From an uncultured Phycisphaerales bacterium (GTDB lineage: Bacteria; Planctomycetota; Phycisphaerae; Tepidisphaerales; Tepidisphaeraceae): a DNA stretch of 64,000 nt. Location of the stretch: NCBI GenBank assembly GCA_963844715.1, contig CAWJPJ010000007.1:1088001-1152000 (forward strand), written 5' to 3'. A program made the position numbers and the translations under genes. Below the pieces are notes generated by a model. It had not been told where the DNA came from, searched no databases, and was given only the letters and a program-made list of their open reading frames with translations. Shown here piece after piece: positions 1 through 9,297 of this stretch (the stretch's first letter is position 1; each line of letters starts with the position of its first letter).

Positions 1-997
1 CGGCGCAGGACGTGATCGATAATTTTCCCTCCTTCGCCCGAGTGCTTTCCGCCCGAAATCCCGCGAATGGAGACGCTCATCGCCTGCGCCGCGGCGTTTC
101 CACCCATCCCCGAAACAATCGGCATATAAATCGCCAGCACCGCGAATCGCGTGATGGTTGAGCCGAATGCGTTCACTACCGCGCCCGCCAGAAACGCGGT
201 GGCGAGATTCACCTGGAGCCACCCGATCCGCTTGGTAAAGCTCAATTGCCATGGGCTGGAAAGCCTTTCCTCCGCGCCGGCGCCGGCCATGCGTTGAATG
301 TCCTCCGTCGCCTCGTCCTGGATCACATCCACCACGTCGTCCAGCGTAATCAATCCGATCAGTCGCGAATCGCCGTCGACGACCGGAAGGGCCAGATACC
401 GCGACTGCCGCATTCGATGCGCGACTTCCTCCTGGTCCATTGTCGCCGGCACGCTTTGCACGTTGGGGATCATCACTTGCCGCAGCGTGCTCTCCGGCGC
501 GCGAAAATCAGATCGCGCATGGACAACACCCCCACCAGCCGCCGGTTTTCGTCCACCACATAGACGTAGAACATCTCCCCTGTCTCTTCATGAATCGAGC
601 GCAACGTGGCGATTGCCTGCTCCACCGTGAGATTTTCCGCCAGGCAGGTGAACCGCGTCGTCATGATTCCGCCGGCCGTGTCCGGCGGGTATTGCTCCAG
701 TTGCCGCGTCTCCGCCGCCTGCGGGGCCTCCATCAGCGCAACCAAAGCTTCATGAAGATCGGGCGCCATCAGGATCAGGCAGTCCACCCGATCGTCCGGC
801 GGCATCGCCGAAAGAATCTGCGCCGCGGTCTGCCGCGGCATCCGGCCAAGAATTTGCGCGGCCTTCGCATCGGGAATGCGCGCCAGCGCCTCCGCCGCGG
901 CGGCGGTGGGGAGGGGTTGCAAAAGGCTCGCCGCTTCCAATGCGGGGGCCGCCTCGATCCGGCCGATCACCTGGCCAAGGTCATATTCCGTTTTCAT
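1..997 (-). CDS. mgtE: Magnesium transporter MgtE (3'-partial, frameshifted near 480)
   Basis: ORF 473..997 has the MgtE N-domain and CBS entry 'YPPDTAGGIMTT...YVYVVDENRRLVGVLSMRDL'. The gene continues in another frame off the window edge. Confidence 0.9.
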
Positions 998-1008
998 AGG
1001 CGTTCGTT

Positions 1009-1569
1009 TCAGTTGAGTTGCAGATACCAGAAGAGAACTACTGAATCCTTCAGTAGATCGTGATTCGAATGGAAATGCGTGTCGAAGCCCGTCATCTCAA
1101 AGCTCAATTTGGCCAGCAATTCCGCGGCAGGAAAATTGTCGGAGAGCGTCTGCGCATAAACCGCCCGCAAATTCTTCTGCCGGGCCTCATGAATGATTTG
1201 AAAGAGCAAGCCGCTGGCCAAACCCTGCCGGCGGACCTCAAAGTCCACGCGCAAATCGATCAGCCGCAGCACCTGCCCCGCGGCATCAATCTGCGCCGCG
1301 GCCGCCGCCACAATCTCCCCCTCATGTTCCGCCACCAGCGCGATTCCATCCTCAATCCCCCCGACGAGTTGTTTGACGGCGAACGCCGATTCGTCCCCCA
1401 AAGCGTTCCGATGCACGCGCGATTCCCGCAATGGGCGCGATTCCATTTTCCAAGTCGCCGCAAATCCCTCCCCTTCGCGCAGGATATGCAAATGAAAGTG
1501 CGACTCGACCGTCGCGTCGATATCCATCACTCCCGGAAGATCGGCGGCGGTCATGGCGCGGATTTCCAT
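1009..1569 (-). CDS. GNAT-family N-acetyltransferase
   Basis: Acetyl-CoA binding motif 'VDFEVRRQGLASGLL' and 'NFPAAELLAKLSF'. Confidence 0.8.
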   Translation of the reverse strand: MEIRAMTAADLPGVMDIDATVESHFHLHILREGEGFAATWKMESRPLRESRVHRNALGDESAFAVKQLVGGIEDGIALVAEHEGEIVAAAAAQIDAAGQVLRLIDLRVDFEVRRQGLASGLLFQIIHEARQKNLRAVYAQTLSDNFPAAELLAKLSFEMTGFDTHFHSNHDLLKDSVVLFWYLQLN

Positions 1570-1602
1570 GTAAATCAGGATACCGCGCGCCTTCCCGGCG
1601 CA

Positions 1603-3691
1603 TCAACCAAACGCGGCCAGACCGAGCGTCTGTCCGAATTGTTTGCCCAGCATCGCCCGGATCGGTCCATTCTCGCGCCGGATCAAACCAGGATCGCCCG
1701 ACAGCAAGAAATCCGCATCCTGTCTGGCCAGCCCCAGCAATTCCATCTCGTTCTCAACTTCCGCCAGCTTGAATTCCGGCAGCCCATGCTGCCGCGTGCC
1801 GAAGAATTCCCCTGGTCCGCGCAGCCGCAGGTCCATGTCCGCGATTTCAAAACCGTCGGACGTGGAAACCAGCGCCTCCAGCCGGGCCGCCGCGCCGGGC
1901 GTGACCGGATCGGCGATCAGAATGCATTGCGAAGGATGCACCCCGCGCCCAACCCGGCCGCGGAGCTGATGAAGCTGCGACAATCCGAACCGCTCCGCTC
2001 CCTCGATGAGCATCACGGTTGCATTCGGCACATCGATCCCCACCTCGATCATCGTCGTCGCCACCAGCGCATCGACTTTCCCATCGCGAAATTCAGCCAT
2101 CGTGCGCTGCTTCTGCTCCGTTGGCATCTGCCCATGCAACGGCGCCAGATTCAATCCCGATAACGCCCCCGTAGCCAAGTTCCGCAAATGCTTCGCCACC
2201 GACTTCGCTTCCCCCAAATCATCGTCGTCGATCCGCGGCACCACGATATACGCCTGCCGCCCCGCGGCGATCTGCTCGCGAACGGCCGCGTACGCCTGGG
2301 CCGCCTGCGATTGCCGAAGCCACCGCGTCGTAATCGGTTGCCGCCCGGGCGGAAGCTCATCGAGCACGCTCAGATCGAAATCCGCGAAATACGAAAGAGC
2401 CAGGGTTCTCGGGATCGGCGTCGCCGTCATCACCAGGTAATGCGGACTCCGCGCCTTTCCCGCCAGATAAGCGCAGCTGCAAAACCCCCAGCCGATGCTG
2501 CTCATCCACGACGATCAGACCGAGATTCGCAAACTCAATCGATTGCTGAAGCAGCGCCTGAGTTCCCACCGCGATATGCACTTCCCCGGCGGCGATCGAA
2601 TCCGCCAGCCTCTCGCGGGATTTCTGTTTCGTCCGGCTCGTGACCAGCTCGATCCTCACCTGCGAATCGCGCAGCAGCCGCGAGAGAAGCAGATAATGCT
2701 GCTCGGCCAACACCTCCGTCGGCGCCAGCAGCGCCGCCTGCATCTTGTTGGCGACCGAGACCAGCATCGCATAAAGAGCCACCGCCGTTTTCCCGCTCCC
2801 GACGTCCCCCTGAAGCAGCCGCTTCATCGGCCGCCCGCACCGCAGATCGCTCACGATCTCCCAAACGGCGTTTTGCTGCGCCGCCGTCAATTCAAAAGGA
2901 AACCGCGCCCGGATCCGCCGGTCCAGCGTCTTGTCGATCCGCATCACCGGAGCCGTCCCCGGCTGCACAAATCGCCGGTTCAGCCCCAGCGCAAGCTGCA
3001 TCGAAATCAGCTCATCATAGACCAACCGCCTTCTTGCCCGCCGTGCTTCGTTCCGATCCTTCGGCTGATGAATGCCCCGATATGCCTCCCGAAGCCCGCT
3101 CAATTTCCGCTTGCTCACCAGCCCCGTCGGACACCAGTCCCGAATCTGTTCCAATGCCGCCGGAAGATTGGCATGAATCACCTTCTCGATGATTTCACTC
3201 GACAGCTTTTCGCCCGCCGGATAAATCGCCCGAAATTTCGCGTCCGAAATTTTCGGCGACTCCGGCTCAACCGGTTCCCATTTCGGATTCACCATCTGAG
3301 GCAGCCCCCGGAAATACCGCACCGGTCCCCGAACCCGCAGAATCAACCCCGGATGAACCTTCCTGCGCAGGTAAGCCCCATGAAAAAAAACCAGGCACAA
3401 GCGATCCAGTTCGTTCGAGAGCGTCGCTTCGAATCGCGGCCGCCCCCGTCCCGCGATGTAATTGACCGCCGTCACCTCGCCGCGCGCGATCCCGATCTGC
3501 CCATCGGTGAGCAACCCGATCGGGCGCTCTTCCGATTCATGCTGATAGTCGCGCGGAAAATAATTGATCAGATCGCCAAGCGTGTTCACCCCCAGCCGCC
3601 GGAATTGAACCGCTCGCGCCGGACCCACCCCACGCAGTTCTTCCACCGGCTTGGCCAGAGGATCGCCGGCGGCGGTGGAAGTGATCGTCAT
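1603..3691 (-). CDS. recG: ATP-dependent DNA helicase RecG (frameshifted near 2480)
   Basis: Motifs 'RLLQGDVGSGKT', 'DEQHR', 'MTATPIPRTL', 'AERFGLSQLHQLRGRVGRG' and 'DLRLRGPGEFFGTRQHG', split over ORFs 2357..3718 and 1603..2505. The ATG at 3691 overlaps the pcm stop (ATGA). Confidence 0.95.
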
Positions 3692-4359
3692 GGGTTCTGG
3701 GCGTCGTCTTCGGCCCATCCTTCTTGGCCGATCAGTTTAACAAACCGGCAAAGGCAGATTTCGCTCGTCGTCAGGCGATCCCCCTCTTTGCGCACTTCGA
3801 CGAGCATCTGTTCCTCCCCCTCGCCGATTGGAAGAACCGCAACGCCGCCGTCCGTCAGTTGAGATTGAAGCAACTTCTCCGGCACGCGCGGCGCCGACGC
3901 TCCAATCAGGATGCGATCAAACGGCGCCTCCTCCGGCCACCCAAGACTCCCGTCTCCGAAACGGAATTGAACGTTCCGAATATCCAGCGCCATGAGTTTT
4001 TCCCACGCCTCATCCAGTAGCGGCTTGAGGCGCTCGATCGTGTAAACCTTGCCGGCCAGCTTGGCCAGGATCGCCGTCTGGTATCCGCTCCCAGTGCCGA
4101 TCTCCAGAACGCGACTCCCCGGCTGCACGTCCAGTCGCGCTGTCATGAGGGCGACCATATAAGGCTGGCTGATCGTCTGCCCATGCCCGATGGGGGAGGG
4201 ACGATCCGCAAACGCCGCATCCCGGGCGTCCGGCAGAAAAAACTTCTCCCGCGGCACCGCCCGCAGCGCCTCGATCACGCGCGGGTCGGAGATGCCACGA
4301 TCCATGATCTGCTGGCGGATCATCCGCTCCTGCGCACTCATTTCACTCAATTGACTCAT
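3688..4359 (-). CDS. pcm: Protein-L-isoaspartate O-methyltransferase
   Basis: 'GQTISQPYMVA', 'VLEIGTGSGYQTAILA', 'GDGSLGWPEEAPFDRI'. Confidence 0.95.
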   Translation of the reverse strand: MSQLSEMSAQERMIRQQIMDRGISDPRVIEALRAVPREKFFLPDARDAAFADRPSPIGHGQTISQPYMVALMTARLDVQPGSRVLEIGTGSGYQTAILAKLAGKVYTIERLKPLLDEAWEKLMALDIRNVQFRFGDGSLGWPEEAPFDRILIGASAPRVPEKLLQSQLTDGGVAVLPIGEGEEQMLVEVRKEGDRLTTSEICLCRFVKLIGQEGWAEDDAQNP

Positions 4360-4378
4360 AGACGTATTCTATCCGAAG

Positions 4379-5167
4379 ATGCCGACGAAGCCGAACACCC
4401 CACGAACGCCCGGGCCCATCGTCACCCTCAGCACCGATTTCGGCCTCGCCGACGCCTACGTTGCGGCCATGAAGGCCGCTATCTTCCGCCACGCGCCCCA
4501 CGCCCGGCTCATCGATGTATCCCACGAAATCCCGCCACAGGATGTTCTCTTCGGCTCAATCGTCCTGGAACGCGCCCTGGATGCCTTCGACCCCGGCACG
4601 ATCCATTTGGCGGTGGTTGATCCCGGCGTCGGCACGCCGCGGAAAATCCTGCTCATTGAGATCCACCGGCAATGGGTAGTCTGCCCCGATAATGGGCTCA
4701 TCACCTGGGGCTGGCGCTGGTGGGGGCCTACAGCTCGGTCGCGCGAATTGACCTGGCGTCCCCCGCAATTCAGCAGCACATTTCACGGCCGGGACATCAT
4801 GGCCCCGGCGGCAGGTATGTTGGCGGCGGGAAAGAAGCCCGGCGATCTCGTCGGCCGCACTTCCAGGCCGCATCTCCTGAATGTTTCACCCGCCAAGCGC
4901 CCCGCCAAAGGCGGCGAAATTATCTACATCGATCGATTCGGCAACGCGATAACGAATATTCCGCGCACCGCCTTGCCCCGGGGGAAGCGCGAAATCTCCC
5001 TCGGCGGCAAAAGCATGGGCACGATCAAACAAACCTATGGTGACGTGCAAAAAGGGGAATGCCTCGCGCTCATCGGGAGCGCGGACCTGCTCGAAATCGC
5101 CGTGCGCAACGGTTCGGCCCAGCGGGAATTGCGTTTGCATGTCGGCGATCAAGTTCGGGTGGATTAA
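4379..5167 (+). CDS. SAM hydroxide adenosyltransferase / halogenase-like protein (DUF62 family)
   Basis: 'TLSTDFG', 'VVDPGVGT', 'PDNG', 'STFHGRDI', 'YIDRFGN'. Confidence 0.9.
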   Translation: MPTKPNTPRTPGPIVTLSTDFGLADAYVAAMKAAIFRHAPHARLIDVSHEIPPQDVLFGSIVLERALDAFDPGTIHLAVVDPGVGTPRKILLIEIHRQWVVCPDNGLITWGWRWWGPTARSRELTWRPPQFSSTFHGRDIMAPAAGMLAAGKKPGDLVGRTSRPHLLNVSPAKRPAKGGEIIYIDRFGNAITNIPRTALPRGKREISLGGKSMGTIKQTYGDVQKGECLALIGSADLLEIAVRNGSAQRELRLHVGDQVRVD

Positions 5168-5264
5168 CCCACTTGGCAAAAAAATCGCCGGCGATCTACA
5201 ATTCCCGGCTTGTTTGCAGCAGGCGACAGGAAACGGGCGGCGCCACGCCGCACAAGGACGAGAT

Positions 5265-5721
5265 TTGAGTACCTTGCGGGAACACCCGGCTGGATGCGGC
5301 GGCGTGCCGAATTTCGTGATCGTCGCCGGATACGGGCTTCCGGGCCGGTCGCTCGTTGAAATGCTGCGCCAGGCGCCGCGCCGATTATTGCGTCATCGAA
5401 CTCAACCCGGAGGTTTGCGCCCGCGTGGCGGCGGGGGGTATCCACATCATGGTGGGGGACGCCGCTGAATTGGAAGTTCTGCGCCGCGCCGGAACTGAAC
5501 GAGCCAGCCTCGTCGCCCTCATGATGCCCGACGATCAAGCGGTCCTCCGCGCCGTTTCCCAGGTCCGCCTGCTCAATCAGCGCGCCCATCTCATCGCACG
5601 TTGCGCCTACACCTCCGCGGGCCTCGAGGCAATGCGCCGCGGCGCCGATCAAACTATTGTCGCGGAACAAGTTATAGCGACCGAACTCACCCAGGTGGTC
5701 GCCCCCTTCCTCAGTATCTAG
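5265..5721 (+). CDS. Stand-alone TrkA-N (RCK/NAD-binding) domain protein (frameshifted near 5375)
   Basis: 'VIVAGYGLPGRSL' in one frame and 'VIELNP...VGDAAELEVLRRAG' in ORF 5356..5721. The TTG start is inferred from an upstream AAGGA. Confidence 0.75.
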
Positions 5722-5935
5722 CGGACAATCCATTCCTTGCGCAATTGCACGACGTGCTCGCATTGTTTGCCGTTAAATTGCGGTGACCCATTCGGAAATA
5801 TTAGCTTCCTAATGATTTACAATATTCGAGATGCATTGCGCATTTCGGTGGATCGACTAAAGAAAATCGACCGGCGCTCGATAATGTCAGGGTCAGTGGG
5901 GGCTTAAGAAACTTATCAGGGAAGCAGTTGCAGAG

Positions 5936-6330
5936 ATGGCCAAGGTTGCACAGGGGCAGAGTCTCATCGCGGTTGACGATGACGCCGAAGTTTTGCGGGA
6001 AATCACCCGCGCTTTGGAGACTCGATTTACGGTTCGCGCCACATCGTCCGCGCGGCAGGCGTTGGCGTGGCTGCAATCGGATACGGCCGTCAGCGTGCTG
6101 ATCACGGGGCAGGTCTTGCGCAGCGGAATGGGGGTCGATCTGCTGGAAAGCACCGCCTAATACGCCCGGAAGTCCGGCGCGTATTGATCGCCGATTACTC
6201 CAATCTAGCCGCCCTGATGGATGGGATTCATAAAGGCATCATTGAGCGGACCATCGGCACCGACTCGTTGCATGTCGAACTCGCCGCCCTCACCGGTCTG
6301 GCGGCGCAGCAACCCCGCGCGGTCAAATAA
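5936..6330 (+). CDS. Response-regulator receiver-like protein (frameshifted near 6155)
   Basis: 'LIAVDDDAEVL...GVDLL', continuing as 'IRPEVRRVLI' in ORF 6067..6330. The usual phospho-acceptor Asp appears replaced ('VLITGQ'). Confidence 0.7.
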
Positions 6331-6356
6331 CCTCCCAAATTACCGAAAAGGTTACC

Positions 6357-6393
6357 GGACCATGGGTTATACGACCCTTCATGGTCCTTTTTT
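6357..6393 (+). terminator. Probable intrinsic terminator
   Basis: GGACCATG...CATGGTCC hairpin followed by a T-run, just after the receiver gene. Confidence 0.55.
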
Positions 6394-6514
6394 CATTTCA
6401 CAATCCTACCCAAATCGTACAGGGAATTTAGGCAGCTAAATTGCGCTTTGAATGGGATCGATCCTTATGGCAGAATGAGATGCCGGTGGGGAGTTTGCGA
6501 AGGACGTTCGTTTA

Positions 6515-7129
6515 ATGCTTTTACAAACCAACAGCTATATCGTCCCTCGGGATAAAAGGATGGAACACGCGCGATTGCTGCGGCGTTTCCGTCAAACTCT
6601 GCTTCGGCTCGGCTGCGATCATTTCGAGGTCTACGAACAGGTCGGCACCAACTGGAACACCGGCGAGACCACCGGCCGGTTCGTCCAGATCATGCGGTTC
6701 CGCGACCGCAAACATCAGCTCGACGTCCAGGCCGCCGAACGCACCGACCCCACGGCCCAGGCGCTGGTCCGCGAATTCTGCGAATTGATCAACTTTCCCT
6801 ATCAGCAGCAGCAGGGCCTGTTCGCGGTCGGTTTTTACACCAGTTTTCTGCGCATGCCGCCGCAGCGCACCACCACCGCGACCGCGGTGGATGCGGCGGA
6901 TTCCGAGCAGGCCGGCGAACCCGAAGGCGCGGACGTCCTGCCGCTCCAGCCGCCCGATCATCCCGATTCGCAGGAAGCCGCCGGCGAATTGCAGCCCGTC
7001 CATTTCGATCAAGTCGAGACCGGCGAGCCGGAAGGAAACGGCAGCGACCAGCCCGGTTTAACCGGACCCGGCCTGGCCGAGGATGATGGAATCGTCCTCG
7101 AGGACGATTCGCATCTTAATCCGCAATAA
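6515..7129 (+). CDS. Hypothetical protein: compact N-domain plus acidic low-complexity tail
   Basis: 204-aa ORF with coding-like codon use. The N-terminal ~115 aa look globular and the tail is D/E/P/G-rich. Confidence 0.65.
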   Translation: MLLQTNSYIVPRDKRMEHARLLRRFRQTLLRLGCDHFEVYEQVGTNWNTGETTGRFVQIMRFRDRKHQLDVQAAERTDPTAQALVREFCELINFPYQQQQGLFAVGFYTSFLRMPPQRTTTATAVDAADSEQAGEPEGADVLPLQPPDHPDSQEAAGELQPVHFDQVETGEPEGNGSDQPGLTGPGLAEDDGIVLEDDSHLNPQ

Positions 7130-7340
7130 AATTTTCTTCGCATTTCATTCCAGTTGAGTTTATCGAGCCTTTTCCGGCGGGACCGCTACCGACCACATAA
7201 ACGGACCGGTATTTCCACTTACCGTCGTTATCGGTCGATCCTTCCGTGCGCTCGCTATAATCCACAGACGATGAACTGGGCATCGGCACGACGAATCGCT
7301 GCCGATTGCCAGGAGTCGCGAAAAAAAAGCGGGAGCGCAC

Positions 7341-7790
7341 GTGAAGTCGATATTTCGCCTGATCGGGCTGGCATTAACCATCAGCGGGTGGGCCGTCGCG
7401 GCACTCTGCCTGCATGTCATCCGCACCCCCAATCCCAGCGATCCCAACGAATCGAAACTGGTCGTCATCCCCAAGGCGAGACTCGGAATTACGGACACCT
7501 ATGTTGATGCCCGGCATTGGACGATGGCGGATGTGCCCGAGCACAAGGATCTCGTCTGGCGCGTTCTCGACGCCGGGCAAGCCGAGCAACTCAAATTTCT
7601 GGCCGATCCGAAGAACGGGAGCGACGTTCAAACTCAACTGACCGATGCCCTGACCGGCTCGCGATCGCGCTCCTCGCGCACGCCCGCGACCGGGACGCGA
7701 TATGATCGCGACGATTCCTCCAAGGCTGCCCAAAACACCTGGGCCGGAATCGACTTCAGCGGCCTGCTCAATCTCCCCGTTTCGTTCTAA
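7341..7790 (+). CDS. Hypothetical protein with N-terminal membrane anchor
   Basis: Hydrophobic N-terminus 'LIGLALTISGWAVAALCL'; GGGAG upstream of the GTG start. Confidence 0.6.
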   Translation: MKSIFRLIGLALTISGWAVAALCLHVIRTPNPSDPNESKLVVIPKARLGITDTYVDARHWTMADVPEHKDLVWRVLDAGQAEQLKFLADPKNGSDVQTQLTDALTGSRSRSSRTPATGTRYDRDDSSKAAQNTWAGIDFSGLLNLPVSF

Positions 7791-9129
7791 CCAGCTCACG
7801 CAGCGCCTGCGCCATTTCACCGATCGGCGTCTGCCAGTCCCCTAATTGCTTTTGCGGAAACAATCGCATCGTCGGATACCACGGCGAATCCGTCCGCCCG
7901 CGCAACCAGCGGAAGTCCGGACGCGCGGGAATCAAAACCCAAACCGGTTTTCCAATCGCTCCGGCGAGATGCGCGGCGGCGGTATCAACCGTAATCAGCA
8001 ATTCCAATTGCTCAAGAAGGGCGGCCGTATCCGCGAAGTCTGATAGTTCGCCGGCACAATCCACCCAATCCATTTCCGCCGGCGGCTTTTGCGATCCCTC
8101 CGCGCCTTTTTGAAGATTGAAAAATGTGATCTTCCCGGCTGCCGCAAGAGGCGCGAAGAGACTCAACTCCCGCGAACGATCCGAGCTTTCGCTTCCCGCC
8201 CAAACCAAGCCCACCTTAAAAGATGTGTCGTTGCTCAACCGATTCTTCCAAACATCGCGCAATTCGGGTGGGGGGGTCAGATACGGGATTTGCGCCGGAA
8301 TAGTTTCGAGCCTCAGCCCCAGGGCCAGGGGAAGACCCTGTAGCGGAATCTGCCAATCAAAGTTCGGCAGAGTCTCACCCTGACGAAAGATCGCCGATAT
8401 TCCCGCCGCGCCCGACAACAATCTCACCAGTTGTGGCTGGCACTCAACAATAACCTTCGCCCCGCGCTCCCGAACCTGCGGCGCCAGCCGAACGAACTGA
8501 ATGGCATCCCCGAATCCCCCTTCGGCGTGCAGAAGGATCGTCTTTCCCGCCGGGTTTTCCCCAGCCCATTGCGGCCGCGGAAAATCCCGCCGCAGATTCA
8601 GCCGCCGCAGCCGCAATCGCCATTCAAATTCCTTCCAGCCGCGTTCGAAATTCCCCAGCCGCAAAAGCGACATCGCCAGTCCCCAATGCGCCTCGGCGTT
8701 ATCCGGCTGAAGCATCACAACACGATCAAAGCATCGAATGGCATCTTCAAGTTGCTGTGAGTCGTGCAGCACGCCCCCCAGCGTGAGCAGAGCCTCCGGG
8801 TTATTCGGTTGGATTTCCAGTGCTCGCAGAAGAACGTCGATCGCCTCTTGGCTCCGTCCCGCGGAATTCATCGCCGCGCCCAGATTGCTCAGTACCGGCG
8901 TCGATGTCGGCATCAACGCCGCCGCACGGCTCAGAGCCTCCACCGCCTCTCCATATCTCCCCATGCGCTTCAGCGCAACGCCCAGATTGCTCCACGCATA
9001 GGGATGCTGCGGAACAAGATCGACGACTTGCTTGTAAAGGGGAACCGCCGCAGCAAGATCGCCGCGCATCTGCGCCGACACCGCGGATTGATAGAGCGAC
9101 TCCGCCTGCCCAAGTCGCTGCGCGTCCAT
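7768..9129 (-). CDS. TPR-repeat protein with C-terminal glycosyltransferase family 9-like domain
   Basis: TPR repeats ('AWSNLGVAL', 'VLSNLGAAM'), 'HAEGGFGDAIQF', 'ITVDTAAAHLAGAIG', 'DSPWYPTMRLF'. Confidence 0.9.
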   Translation of the reverse strand: MDAQRLGQAESLYQSAVSAQMRGDLAAAVPLYKQVVDLVPQHPYAWSNLGVALKRMGRYGEAVEALSRAAALMPTSTPVLSNLGAAMNSAGRSQEAIDVLLRALEIQPNNPEALLTLGGVLHDSQQLEDAIRCFDRVVMLQPDNAEAHWGLAMSLLRLGNFERGWKEFEWRLRLRRLNLRRDFPRPQWAGENPAGKTILLHAEGGFGDAIQFVRLAPQVRERGAKVIVECQPQLVRLLSGAAGISAIFRQGETLPNFDWQIPLQGLPLALGLRLETIPAQIPYLTPPPELRDVWKNRLSNDTSFKVGLVWAGSESSDRSRELSLFAPLAAAGKITFFNLQKGAEGSQKPPAEMDWVDCAGELSDFADTAALLEQLELLITVDTAAAHLAGAIGKPVWVLIPARPDFRWLRGRTDSPWYPTMRLFPQKQLGDWQTPIGEMAQALRELVRTKRGD

Positions 9130-9263
9130 CAGACCACCTGCACGCGCCGCCCGACCCGTCGTTTGCGGTTGATCATCTGGCGACCCTTCTTGGTCCTCAT
9201 CCTGGCCCGAAATCCAATCGACCGGGCACGTTTCACTGCGCTCTTTTTGTGGGGGTAATGCAT
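9129..9263 (-). CDS. rpmH: 50S ribosomal protein L34 (44 aa; absent from the ORF track)
   Basis: Manual translation gives MHYPHKKSAVKRARSIGFRARMRTKKGRQMINRKRRVGRRVQVV*, with the L34 signature 'GFRARMxTxxGR'. Confidence 0.92.
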   Translation of the reverse strand: MHYPHKKSAVKRARSIGFRARMRTKKGRQMINRKRRVGRRVQVV

Positions 9264-9297
9264 GTAGCCAATCCTCTGACGATCAAAAAAGGTCTCG

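Noticed and set aside
2460..2505. Programmed frameshifting in recG and other core genes
   Set aside because: Too many unrelated genes are affected and they share no slippery or stimulator signal. Only the IS G5A7 site fits known programmed shifting.
4379..5167. Fluorinase or chlorinase of a halometabolite pathway
   Set aside because: Housekeeping context and the 'FHGRD' motif fit the common SAM-hydrolysing DUF62 type.
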